From NCBI GenBank assembly GCA_002269645.1, contig NIVC01003554.1, forward strand, positions 1 to 64,000: a DNA stretch of 64,000 nucleotides. Direction: 5' to 3'. This document shows positions 1 to 33,149 of the stretch, one piece after another. A program made the translations under genes and the position numbers. Position 1 is the first letter of the stretch; each line of letters begins with the position of its first letter. The notes below the pieces were generated by a model, which ran no database searches, was not told the DNA's origin, and was given only the letters and a program-made list of their open reading frames with translations. This DNA is from Macrostomum lignano (Eukaryota).

Positions 1-47
1 CCATAACGGATTACCATAGAAAGTTTCTAACATTTGATCTACAAAAA

Positions 48-1627
48 ATGAAAGCTCAGACTTCTTATCTTATCTGCCCTTACTTTTACCAGTATATATT
101 GCCCCATGCATGTAGGTTGACCTTAATTGGTACGAAAATAAACGCGAAGTATGCTTCTCGCTGGACAAATTGTCTGCCTACTTGCTTTAATAAATTCTTG
201 TAATAGGAATTATCTGCGTTGTATCCCATCTAGCGGACTTCGGCTCATGGACCCAGGTTATTGAGTATCTTCCAATCGTCACGGAGAATCCCAGACTATT
301 AACAATACTGAAAGTCGCTGCATATGTTTATTTAGCCACTGGACTGCTGCAACTTGTGGCCAGCTGCACTAACGATCGCATTCTTTGGCTGCAGCCTTAT
401 CTGCCAGTGTGCTTTGTTCGGCTTCTCAATTTTCATGACGGTTTTCATTTTAAGAACAATATGCGGACAAAAGATTTTCTACAACATCAACTGGTAATGT
501 TTTTGTTTGCTTTTGTTTTTCTTGTCCCTTTCTAAATGATGTTATTCAAGTTTGCAGTGAACAAAAGCAAATTAAAGTTGACGAAATTAAAGACAACTTT
601 TTAGAGATTTCTGATACGAGTCTAAGGTAAGGGTCTATCATCATAATATCGTCCGTTTCAGCGAGGGTGCTGATATTTTGCTCAAGGGAACCTTGCAAAT
701 TTCCGAGCTTCGAAATTTGAAGTAACAGCCCGTACATCAATTCGACGTCAGTCAACGTCGCTGACAAATATGTACTTTTACGTCGCACAGACGTTAAGCT
801 GACGTATAACGTCGTTATTCGTCGATGTAATGTAAAAGTAAATGCTGTAAATTTGTTAGCGACGGCGATAAACGTAGGAAACGTCTGCTGACGTAGCCGA
901 CATTGAATCGCTGTACGGCCAGGGCGTAAAAAGGAGCATACATGTCTTGATTAGTGAGAAACTTAATTAGTGATTGACATCCACTGGTCACGATGAAATG
1001 TTATGGCAAAATGCGGCCATTCCCCCCCCTCGTCTACGCATCGTAAAGAGCAGTACAATAATAGGAGAGAGTTGACCTTGAAGAAATCCCAAATATGACG
1101 TGATTCATACGTATGAATGGTAAAAATAGTTACTAACAAATTATAAAATATTAAAATCTTAACTGCAGATTTCCCTGTACGGCTCGTACAATAAATCCCA
1201 CGTGGTTGCGGAGTTTTTGGACAACTTGCACGTCGTTCACCACTGCTGCGGCTATCAAAGCGACCATGCGGAGTGGCGCGGGCTGATTGGCCCCAACCGA
1301 GTGCCGGACTCCTGCTGCCACACCTCTGGCAGCATACACTCGAACGAACATGACCACGTTAGCGAGGAACACGAACCGATGCGTTCTCAAGGCTGCGGAT
1401 ACAACAATCAGTCAGTTTGGCTGTCAAGGCTGCACAATGCCGCATGTCAGTCGGTGCTGTGGGGTCTCTACGAGCCAATGGATCCTCTGGCTCAGTCGCT
1501 ACTATTGCTGCTGGTTTATGTATCATGGCTGGGCGTGCTTTTCAATTTCTACAAGGTTTTTCTCGCTTTCTATCTGGCTATTGAAGTGGGCAAATATCTG
1601 AGGTCGATGGATGCCCTCGCCGACTGA
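48..1627 (+). CDS. Tetraspanin-family protein, ~275 aa; exons 48-129 (tentative), 207-493, 1169-1627
   Basis: Last exon has tetraspanin EC2 hallmarks: CCG (HHCCGY), PDSCC, two further Cys (6-Cys EC2), then a hydrophobic TM4 and stop. GT-AG junctions join in phase (1, then 0) into an 828-nt open frame. Exon 1 is the least certain. Confidence 0.72.
729..919. mobile_element. Small non-autonomous DNA transposon (MITE), CCC-terminus/CMC-like
   Basis: Imperfect 20-bp TIRs (ccgtacatcaattcgacgtc vs reverse complement ccgtacagcgattcaatgtc, 16/20). Flanked by 3-bp direct repeat CAG. About 9 internal ACGT-core motifs. Confidence 0.5.
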
Positions 1628-1829
1628 CTGGCTGACTGGCTTGCTGGGAAACCAGACTTGCTATGGTCTCACATAGACATAGTGTAATCAGTTATGAAGT
1701 TTCCCGATATACGAACGTATGATCCCTGGTTCGTTAATACAATTTAAATCAGTTTTATAGACTATTTTGATACTCATCTCTTTATACCGATTTCTTTAAT
1801 AATACGCTCGTAACATAGATAAATCCTCT

Positions 1830-2000
1830 TTCCCCGGCCCTCGGGTCCTTAAAACTTCACAATAGCAAGCCGGCACGCTCAAGGTTTGTGTCTCTTCTCA
1901 ACTCTTTTACCTACTCTCTCCCTTCTTCTCTGTTCTCTATTATCCTCTCCTCTCTTCTCTCATCTTTCCTCTCATCTTCTCTTTCCTCTCATCTCTCCTC
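1830..2000 (-). repeat. Dispersed repeat: GA-rich tract plus conserved ~60-bp motif (copy 1)
   Basis: Reverse complement gagaagagacacaaaccttga...ttgctattgtgaagt...ggacccgagggcc matches 30631-30710 and, in part, 38835-38890. Confidence 0.6.
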
Positions 2001-3862
2001 TTGGCAACGATCTCGAGAAGCATCACGTGAGCGGCCTTTGGACTCTATTTAAACGGGGGATTTTTCACTCAGAAACACTCAGACTTCGATCTCGATCAGT
2101 GCTGTCTACCACGGACACAGAGCCTATCGCTCCCGACTCGATTCCTTCTGTAGAGTCCTGTCCTACTGGAGCATCAATTTGATCAAGTGTCAGCATCATC
2201 CACGTGTCAGCTCTTCATCAACCGCCTCCAGGTTGTCGTAGTCTCTCTCTCTCTCCCTCTCCTCTCTCTTTACGGTAGGTTAAACTTTACAATATTGGCA
2301 AAATTTTTAACCTTAGTCCGATTGCAAACTTTGTGACCTTCGCTGTTGAACAAATTCAACAAAATTTCAACAAATTCCAACCAATTTCAACAAATTTGAA
2401 GAAGTCTAAAAAGCTAACGAACTGACAAACTAGCAGGTACAAGCATCCGGGTTGACAACAATTTTCTCCAACCTATCACACTGGTTCTTAACTTCTTACT
2501 TAACTTATTTTAGTTTCACCCATATTTGGTCTACAATTGGTAGCTAAGAACTTTAAAAAATCAGTTCATTTTGTTCATTGACATCTTGTTCATTTGACCT
2601 ACATTGTATTGCTTCACAATATCGACGCACTATGTCATTTGTTTAATTAACATTTCTTAATTGTACTTGAAAATATTGAACTTTATGCTCTCAACCCAAC
2701 TCAATACCTGCATATCTCAATACGCTAGCTTTGACCTGTCGGAAGTATCGCAATCTATGGGTACGAGCTACAGGGGCTCTTCTTGAACTGAGTATCTGTA
2801 CACCATAAAGTCTAGGTTCCCTCATACTACTCTTAGCAGTCTAGCACGCTGGTGTTTTCGTCAGTAATAGCCGCCAAAGACCCCCGGGTGTAAATTACTC
2901 TGGTTAGTGCAACAGACTCCCGATTAGCGTCCAAGCAGATCAGTCCCATATTCGGCTATAGGCTACTTTCCAGTCAGCTCAAACTCTCCCGATCATCAGA
3001 GCATGGCCCCTGTCTAGCTAGTTAGAGTGGGAAATGGCAGAGTGCCAGCAAAGGCACCTCAGCAACTGGAACGGTCTGTATAGAGCCTTACCATCAGACC
3101 CGAGCGCTACGTTGAAAATGCCTTTAAATCGGGTGGGTATAATCAGTTACCAAAGGCCTGTGCCGGCGTCAGTTTTTGTTGGGCTCCCGCAGTCCATCTC
3201 CCATTCGACACGAAGTCTCTGATTCCTGCCCTCCATATGCTACGGGATGGAAAGGCCGGATACTATAGCATTTGGGATACCTAGGTTTATCATGTTTTCG
3301 ATGTCCAATACTCTTCCCCATAGCTAAACATTTTGCTTATCTTATTGCATTGACCGCATCATAAAGCTACGAATTTAATAAACCTCTTGCAAAAGTAGCT
3401 TTCTGGCCTAGTACGTACTCCCTTAGCAAAATTATAAAAATATTTGAGAAGACTTTTTTCCGCGCTTCTTTCTTATTATCGCGAAGTGGACAGACAAAAG
3501 AGTAGAGAGAGCGAAATAGAAAAAAAGTCGAGAAGGTGCAACCAAGTGCTGCTATTCTGTTCGGTACTGTGCATTTCCAACCAAGTTGGCTCTGGCACGC
3601 AACCCGGGGGGGGGCTTCATCGCTTCCAAAGAGAATAAGCCACTGCCCTGAGTACGCTATTGTAGTCGTGCTTGAAGAAAACAGGCAAAGACTGAGGGAG
3701 AGAGAGATAGAAACAACATAGATGTAGAGTTTAGAGAGGCGTCTCTGAATATTTAACTAAAAGCTAGATTGCTTCAGAGGGGTTAAACCCTAATTTTGAG
3801 ATACGCGCTACGCAAAATTCTTTCTTAATCAAACAAGGATATTGAGTAGCTGTTTAGAAATA

Positions 3863-11276
<7,414 letters not shown>

Positions 11277-13247
11277 GGATCTGAGCGATCAGCTATGCAA
11301 TGGGGGAGGGGGCAAATCCATTGCTTTACTCTGAAAATTGTTCTAATACAGCATGCATTGTATTGTAGGAAAAGCAGTTCTACATATTGCCGAACTGTCC
11401 CTAATTTTTGAGTACCAATATATCTCATTGTGACTGGGTTAGTTGAATGTGTACTTTTAAACAACGCCGCAAATCAAGGTGACTACTCGTCATTCTGTTG
11501 TACTTTTGTGATGTAGCTCCGCGGAGTCAATTAGATGTCTGAAGTAATTTACAGTTGGGTCAGAGACTTATTTAAAATGAATTCAAAACTTCTGGCCTTA
11601 ACACATCAAAAGATTTGGTGGCTCAAAGCAATGCTTCAGTAACAATGCGAGTTCTTTGGAAAATAAGCCTAGAAGACGATCTTTGATGATGGTAATTCTT
11701 CTAATAATTCTTAGACCCTTGATTTATTGTAAAGGCACGGGTTCAAAGTTGGCCAAAATGTTATCGAGGGATTTAAAAGTACAGCCGCAACTGCATATAA
11801 ATTATCGTATGAGCAAAATATTGCAGCGATCCCTGCTTCAAATGTATTCTTTTCCGTGATATTATTTTCTTAAAAAGCCAGTCCTTGTTGTGCAAACAAT
11901 GGTTCAAAACTTTTGTTGCTTGTTAATGTGCTCAATATTTTTTAACTCTCATTATCTTTTCGATTTATATGTGCGTGACTTTTTGTAAAGCAGCAATGTA
12001 TTATTTTCGAAATTGACATATTTGTTGAAGTTAATAAACTTAATTTTCACGAGGAGAACCTTCCAACTGAACTCGAATTCTTTTGGCCTTTGGCAGGAGG
12101 TGAAAAAATATGAAATGTTTTTATGGCAAGAGGTAACTTTATATAAACGGATAGAGTACAATATAATGTCATCATACATGTATGTCACAATATATGTTAT
12201 AATATTGAACGTAGCTTTATTTTGTAGTTAACTCTAGTGAAAATAATTATTCACACCGCGCTTGTTTATTTTATATTGTAGAATCCATTATGCCTTCACC
12301 AGCAAACATTTTTGTCATGCCTTTTGATCAATACGGTTACACGCCCACAGATTATGAGTAATGCATTGATTATACAGAGATACAGAGATTGATTAAGAGT
12401 TTATTCTTTTCGCGAATTTATCTTTGCTTGATGCTAAAATACAATCTGCTTCAGAGAAGAAAAGTTCAAATTTTTTACTTCTCGGTACCCTGATGATACT
12501 CGTAAAATGTTTAAAAAATACTTGTGTCAATCATAAATGTGTTAATAATGCACGTGTTCTGATGCTAATTACAGTTAGAAAAGTTTAAAACGCACCACTT
12601 TTACAGTGGCGGATTCAAAACTTTATCTGAAATAACTTGGAAGCTCACTGACGATTTTCCTTGTCACATGGCCTGCGTACGTTTGCAAGGTCCCAAGCTC
12701 TTAACTTGGTACAAATGGTCACAGATTCTCGACAGAATCGAATCTCTATAGGTTTTGCTCTATAAAAATCGATGTACAGGTGTAATTTTTTACGATAATC
12801 AAGAAGCTGTCGTTCTCGTTTGTTCAGCCTCCCTAGCTAATTCTAGTAGTAATACAAATGTATATATATATTTCCTTTTACCCAAACATATTTATAAGTC
12901 TTGCGCCGTTTCTCTTACTCTTAGTACTATATTGGAAGTACTCGTATGTCCATAAAAATTTAGGTAGGAAACCAAGTGTAATTTCTGAAGTTCCGAGGTC
13001 GTCGCATATAGTATCGAGGCGAGAGAATTATAAGTTAGCTTTGGAAAAGCTTCTTACAATTGGTATTAAGCAGACCTCACGAGCGTAAAGTCTTGACCTA
13101 TAGGACACTCTTATAGCATGATGTTATGCAGGCTTCGATAAAATATCCCATTCAATAATTTACAAAACAAAAGTCAGGTGTGGCAGCACCACATAGTTTA
13201 TGTACAGGTCCGTGCTCGGTATTGTTAAAGTAAGTCAACTGCCAGAA

Positions 13248-26163
<12,916 letters not shown>

Positions 26164-26639
26164 TTTTCAGAGCCGGTAAGGCAAGTAAAGCACAGCAGCA
26201 ACACTTTGGCGAAACTTTTTAAAACTTGGAAAGAAGACAGACAGACAAGCTTTTTATTTTTTTATCTTCTTGCCTTAGCCATCGTTTCTTGTGCCTTATC
26301 TGAGGCTGAGCTAGGTCTTTGGCTGAGCGCAGATTTTTTATTACAAAAATGCACAGTGAGAGGCTTAAACAACTGGGTGCAGGAAAGACAATCTATCTTA
26401 TCGTCCTTTTTTACGTCGTAACGAGAGCCTTAGTGGGGGAGAGAGAGAGAGAAAAAGAGAGAGAGAAGTGGTTGCACTTCTGTGTCAGAAGATGAAATGC
26501 CCATCTCGCAATGTGAACGTCTTAAAAAACGTTCACTTTACATATTGTACTCATGTCAGATGTTTAAAACGATATACAACGCATAGCTATATTTAAGATT
26601 ATTGTTCAGTAAATCACAGCAATTCCAAAACAACGTTCA

Positions 26640-27290
26640 CAATCAAAGTGATCACAGATTGTTAACATTCACAGTCACAAGAGCTTAAAACTCATAATTC
26701 ACAATCACAGTGATCACAGATCACCATTCACAATCACAGTGACCACAGATCACCATTCACAATCACAGTGACCACAGATCACCATTCACAATCACAGTGA
26801 CCAGCTCATCATTCATAATCACAGTGACCACAGATCACCGTTCACAAACGCAGTGACCACAGATCACCGTTCACAAACACAGTGACCACAGATCACCATT
26901 TACAATCGCAGTGACCACATATCACTATTCACAAACACAGTGACCACATATCACTATTCACAAACACAGTGACCACAGATCAACGTTCACAAACACAGTG
27001 ACCATAGATCACCATTCACAAGCGCAGTGACCATAGATCACCATTTACAATCGCAGTGACCACATATCACTATTTACAAACACAGTGACGCTCACCAGTC
27101 ACCATTCACAATCACAGTGACCGCAGGTCACCATTCACAATCACAGTGACCACAGATCACCATTCACAAACACAGTGACCACAGATCACCATTCACAAAC
27201 ACAGTGACCAGCTCATCATTCATAATCACAGTCACCACAGATCACCATTCACAATCGCAGTGACCACAGATGACCATTCACAATCAGTGA
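26640..27290. repeat. 28-bp minisatellite (cacagtgaccacagatcaccattcacaat-like)
   Basis: Tandem units between TMEM234 and the iGluR-B start. Confidence 0.92.
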
Positions 27291-27542
27291 AAAAATCCAG
27301 CATTTTTTAATACAGCGAGTTTGTTTATAAAGAAGTTTCTGTTTTCTAATTGCATAGAAACTAACCGTTGATAGTTAATGACAATGTATTTAGCAAAATT
27401 TTAAATATTTTGAAACAGAAAAACTGCTTGTACACACATTGTACTACTTGCATTAGAAAACATAGTAGTATAAATAATGTCTGAAATGTCTGTAGTTGTA
27501 ATTGTTACAACTACAATGAAGTTTCAAATTCATTTGTATATT

Positions 27543-28948
27543 TTAGCTGGTTACGCACAGGTAAATGCCTGCAGACATCAGAGCCATTGCCAGTAACGCT
27601 GAAAGTAAAAATAGATTTTTAAAAGATAGTTTAGGCTCACTGTGTAGGTCAATTGCGATTGATTTCCAAGATATTCACAAGTTAAACTACACCAAATTAA
27701 CTCTGTACCCTGCATTCATTTTTCTGTCTACTTCTAACTACCGTAACGCTATTTACTCTTTGATCTACTTCTTTATCTACTCTCTGATCTACTTCTTTAT
27801 CTACTCTTTTATGTACCCTCTGATCTACTTTATCTACTCTCTGATATACTCGTACTTCGCATTCTAAACTCTGATCTAGCTTCTTTGCATTCTACTCTTT
27901 CATCTTCTCCCTACTCTCTCCCTACCCTCCCTATCCATTCGATCCACTTAACGATTTTAATGGTACAATTCTTCACAAAATTATTCCCGGAGCAATATCG
28001 CCAGTCTCTCACTTGTTGGTGCAAGTTTCTCTCCGTTGATTAACCAGCCAGTCAGAGATGTTGCCAAAAATGTCACCGTATTGGACAGAGGGACGGCGAT
28101 AGATAAACTTGCCTCGGCGAGACTCCACAGAAACAACAGAGAGGCCGACTGGTTCGCTGCCAGAGCCGTGAGATACTGCCGGGATTGAAAGGATTGTTGA
28201 AAAGTAAGGCCAGGCTTTTATGAGTGTACATTGGGGTAGAGGGGTTTTAATGGTTAGATTGATTGTCTGCAAGTGTACATTGGGGGTAGAGGGGTTTTAA
28301 TGGTTAGATTGATTGTCTGCAAGTGTACATTGGGGGTAGAGAGGTTTTAATGGTTAGATTGATTGTCTGCAAGTGTACATTGGGGGTAGAGGGGTTTTAA
28401 TGGTTAGATTGATTGTCTGCGAGTGTACATTGGGGGTAGAGGGGTTTTAATGGTTAGATTGATTGTCTGCGAGTGTACATTGGGGTAGAGGGGTTTTCAT
28501 GGTTGGATTGATTGTCTTCGGGTGTACATTGGGGGTAGAGAGGTTTTATGCTTGGATTGATTGTCTGCGAGTGTACATTGGGGTAGAGGGCTTTTTATGG
28601 TTGGATTAATTGGCGTACCGTATGTACACTCAGGAGAAGAGAAATTATCACAGTCAATCATAAAGAGTGTGCATTTAGGGTTAGAAATTTTAATAGCTTC
28701 GTCAGTAGTGTACATATACGTACGAGTACACACTACGGATAGAAAAATAGAATCTAGTTTAAGACTTTGGTCACTGATTGTCAATCGTTCATTTTCTCGG
28801 CTCTAATATCGACACAGACCTTCCAATTGCGCAGCAGAGCTCCAAGGCTCCAAGCCTTGCTGTCACTTGTATCAGCGGCTGTGCTGGCCTTCATCAGGGC
28901 GTTTGTGACGCCCCAGACAAGTCCAACAGCTGCGCAGAGGAGTAGCAT
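27543..28948 (-). CDS. TMEM234: Transmembrane protein 234 homologue, 115 aa; exons 28948-28820, 28175-28013, 27598-27543
   Basis: Spliced product MLLLCAAVGLVWGVTNALMK..LLRNWK|YLTALAANQSASLLFLWSLAEASLSIAVPLSNTVTFLATSLTGWLINGEKLAPT|TLLAMALMSAGIYLCVTS* matches recalled TMEM234 motifs (WGxTxxLLK, NQxGS, LxxAVPxxNxLx). Phases 0 and 1; 348 nt. Confidence 0.88.
28222..28600. repeat. ~50-bp minisatellite in TMEM234 intron
   Basis: Unit gagtgtacattgggggtagaggggttttaatggttagattgattgtctgc, about 7 copies. Confidence 0.92.
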
Positions 28949-29074
28949 TCTTAACTGTCAATCACCTGGAAATTAAAGCATTGATTGATTCATTGAATTA
29001 TTGATATGAAGGTATTCAAAAAGACACTATATTAAAACAGCACAAATATAGAAGTTTTTAGATATCAGAGATCG

Positions 29075-29525
29075 ATTAGGATAGAATGGATTGCTAATCT
29101 AGCCAATCACAAATCAATTGGAATAGAATGGATTGCTAATCTAGCCAATCACAAATCAATTGGAATAGAATGGATTGCTAATCTAGCCAATCACAAATCA
29201 ATTGGAATAGAATGGATTGCTAATCTAGCCAATCACAAATCAATTAGAATAAAATGGATTGCTAATCTAGCCAATCACAGTAAATTGAAATAGAATGGAT
29301 TGCTAATCTAGCCAAGCACAGTAAATTGGAATAGAATGGATTGCTAATCTAGCCAATCACAAATCAATTGGAATAGAATGGATTGCTAATCTAGCCAATC
29401 ACAAATCAATTGGAATAGAATGGATTGCTAATCTAGCCAATCACAGATCAATTGGAATAGAATGGATTGCTAATCTAGCCAATCACAAGTCAATTGAAAA
29501 AGAATGGATTGCTAATCTGGCCAAT
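29075..29525. repeat. 42-bp minisatellite carrying CCAAT boxes
   Basis: Unit agccaatcacaaatcaattggaatagaatggattgctaatct, 11 copies. Confidence 0.93.
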
Positions 29526-30229
29526 CTTGGATGCAGAAATACATTTAGAAATGATAGTTAATCCAACACAAAAGATAATATCCTTCATCTTAAATCTTGA
29601 AAGCAACAGAGTTCAGTGATGAGGCAGAATCAGAATGACTCTACAATTAAACATCCGGCAAACAATGGATGACTCAGGGCACTACACAGGGATCAAGAGT
29701 ATAGGGTGTCATAGTAACGGCAAGCCCTCCTCTCCAATTAAACAAAAAAAACGCAAAGGATCTCAGAAAGCGGCTTGAGAACAATTGTTCCTACTTCAAA
29801 AGAGTCCCAAAAAACAAAGATGGATTATCTTTAGCGCATATTTTTAGATCGGCGCATCAAACAGACGAATCTACAATAGCAGCGAACTCGTTTTTGTTCG
29901 AAGAGCTATTCGGTCCCGTAATTACTAAGATAAAGCAAACATCTTTTGACAAAGACTACAATTACCCATATTAGAGTGGAAAACGAAAGTTAGTAACAGG
30001 CCGTGTAATTGTTGACGAGTAGCAGTGGCGTAGTGAGATATCAGATTTCTCAAATAAAATGCACACGGCACATCTGAGCTGCTAGCTAAAGCTGTTTTTA
30101 GCTAGCGCGTGTCAACTTAGAAAGAATTGAGTTGGAATTCGATCAAAATCTTGACAAGATGTTGGAAAAGTTTTCTTTTTCACCTCAAGGACAAGAAAAA
30201 GAGCATAGCTAATTGGTGCGGGCCAATTA

Positions 30230-30466
30230 AGAGAGAGGAGAGGAGAGAGAAAGAAGAGGAAAATGAGGAGAGGAGAGAAGAGAGGAGAGGAGAGAAGAGA
30301 GGAGAGGAGAGAAGAGAGGAGAGGAGAGGAGAGAGGAGAGGAGAGGAGAGGAGAGAGGAGAGGAGAGAGAGAGAAGAGGAAAATGAGGAGAGGAGAGGAG
30401 AGAGGAGAGGAGAGGAGAGGAGAGAGGAGAGGAGAGAGAGAGAAGAGGAAAATGAGGAGAGGAGAG

Positions 30467-30504
<38 letters not shown>

Positions 30505-30509
30505 GAGAG

Positions 30510-30541
<32 letters not shown>

Positions 30542-30546
30542 AGAAG

Positions 30547-30586
<40 letters not shown>

Positions 30587-30730
30587 GAGAGAAGAGAGGA
30601 GAGGAGAGAGGAAAGAGGAGAGGAGAGGAGAGAAGAGAAGAGACACAAACCTTGAACAGACAGAATTGCTATTGCGAAGTGTCAAAGGACCTGAAGGCCA
30701 GATAGAGAGGCTTCACAGATCGGAGAGGTC
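30230..30730 (+). repeat. GA-rich tract plus conserved motif (copy 2 of the dispersed repeat)
   Basis: About 400 bp GAGAG low-complexity sequence then gagacacaaaccttg..ttgctattgcgaagt..ggacctgaaggcc..aataaa. Confidence 0.7.
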
Positions 30731-31971
30731 TTGACAATTAATAAAACCGTAGTTTTTAGCTGACAATATCACCCCCCCCCCAATTATATTTTATCTTCTT
30801 GTGACAATCTTGTGACAATTTTATTTTATCTATATTATATTTTATCGGGCTTGTGACAATTAAAAAGTAGACTATTATTGAGAATTATGCAAGGCTTTTA
30901 GAGTGGCTCGAAACAGGCAGACGCAAAGCCGCTATATGCGGGCTATTACAGACAGATGCGGTTGAAAAGGTGTGGATGAGAGATATCTGATAATGCTTTG
31001 CTTTCGCGTGCGCTTGATTATACCAGCCTGGCTACATTCATCCGGCTCTTATCTAACTATCAATCGATTGATTGGCGAATGAGTGAAAAATGATATGTAT
31101 CGTTTTAAGATGACTATGAAGAAGCTACACGGGGTAACCTGCATATTTTTATTGGCGAAATCTGTAATTGCAACATCGTTTACAAGGCTATGAGTTCTGC
31201 TGATATGGAATTCTCTGGGAAGTTACTTTAAGCTGAATCTTGAGCTGGTTTCTGGGCTATTTTCTATGTAGCTTACGGGCGATTCTTGAGGCGATTTTGG
31301 GGCGATTCTGAAGGTGATTTTTGGGCAAATATCAAGGTGGTTTCGGGGCCATCCTCATGGAGATTCAGGAGCTACTTTCAAGGTGATTTTTGAGCAAATT
31401 CTCGATTAGGATTAGCGACGACTTTCACAGTTTGATTGCTGAAAAATCCTCGAGCAGGATTCCTGCGTGATGCTATCGCATGCTCGTGAAACATAAAATC
31501 TACCGGTAAAAGACACGGACGGAAAAATGTGAAGACAAAGAAAAGACAACCCCGAGGCCCAGAAAGGCAGAAGCAGCTGTGTAAGCATTGCGACACCACC
31601 TGACAAAACTAATTAAGCTCAAGCGGACATAAATAAATTTTTGAAATCCAGCCGTTATTGGCCAAAAATCATTCATGTAAATTCTATTTAAACTTAAGGC
31701 TGGATAAGGTATAAAAATTTTTTTTGTCACACTCTAATCATTATATCACTCTAACGATACGTATATTTCTGAATTATAGATTGGCTAAATTCGTTTTTCA
31801 TCTGTTTGAAATTAGATTTGTTCAAATATCTCAGCCAGACAATGGTGAAATTAATTTGAATCTGCTATTTTTTCATTGTTTAAAACCTGAAAGCATTTCA
31901 ATTTCTATCAAAAATCGAGAAAATAAAATACCACTATTAAGCGGAATGGAGTATTAGTCATATTTTGCTTA

Positions 31972-32865
31972 GAATAGGGTAGCGCCAATGTGTGAATAGA
32001 GTGGCGCTAAGGTGTGAATAGGGTAGCGCCAATGTGTGAATAGAGTGGCACCAAGGTTTGAATAGAGTGGCGCTAAGGTGTGAATAGGGTAGCGCCAAGG
32101 TGTGAATAGAGTGGCACCAAGGTGTGAATAGGGTAGCGCCAAGGTGTGAATAGGGTGGCGCCAAGGTGTGAATAGGGTAGCGCCAAGGTGTGGATAGGGT
32201 GGCGCCAAGGTGTGAATAGGGTGGCGCCAATGTGTGAAGATGGTGACGCCAATGTGTGAATAGGGTGGAACCAAGGTGTTAATAGGGTGGCGCCAAATTG
32301 TGAATAGGGTGGCGCTAAAGTGTGAATAGGGTGGCGCCAAAGTGTGAATAGGGTGGCGCCAAAGTGTGAATAGGGTGGCGCTAAAGTGTGAATAGGGTGG
32401 CGCCAAAGTGTGAATAGGGTGGCGCTAAAGTGTGAATAGGGTGGCGCTAAAGTGTGAATAGGGTGGCGCCAAAGTGTGAATAGGGTAGCGCCAAGGTGTG
32501 AATAGGGTAGCGCCAAGGTGTGAATAGAGTGGCACCAAGGTGTGAATAGGGTAGCGCCAAGGTGTGAATAGGGTAGCGCCAAGGTGTGAATAGAGTGGCA
32601 CCAAGGTGTGAATAGGGTAGCGCCAAGGTGTGAATAGGGTAGCGCCAAGGTGTGAATAGGGTGGCGCCAAGGTGTGAATAGGGTGACACCAAGGTGTTAA
32701 TAGGGTGGCGCCAAATTGTGAATAGGGTGGCGCTAAAGTGTGAATAGGGTGGCGCCAAAGTGTGAATAGGGTAGCGCCAAGGTGTGAATAGGGTAGCGCC
32801 AAGGTGTGAATAGGGTAGCGCTAAAGTGTGAATAGGGTGGCGCTAAAGTGTGAATAGGGTGGCGT
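31972..32865. repeat. 22-bp GGCGCC-core minisatellite (ggtggcgccaaggtgtgaatag)
   Basis: About 40 tandem units upstream of ARID3. Confidence 0.95.
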
Positions 32866-33149
32866 CAATCACGAGAAGCGGTGGGCGCCAAAATCAAGAA
32901 TCAGTGGCACCTATCACAAGAATCGTTGACGCTAAAGACAAAAAAAGGCTTGAAAAATCTTTTGCCAGCAATAGTAAAGACAATTTCTGGGGAAGACAGA
33001 GATGAGGAGCGAGAAGGATTCTGCGTTGATTGTCCCAACCAAATTGCCGGGTTCAAATGCCTGACTACTTTAGCGAATCTCCCCTCATTGGCCCAGGAGC
33101 CTGCAGAAAAACAAGAGTCCCTGACAAAGCCAAGCAACCCCTTCCCCTA

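Noticed and set aside
29740-29975. ~70-codon open frame (KNAKDLRKRLENN...)
   Set aside because: No start or splice context and no recognisable family; possibly a transposon fragment.
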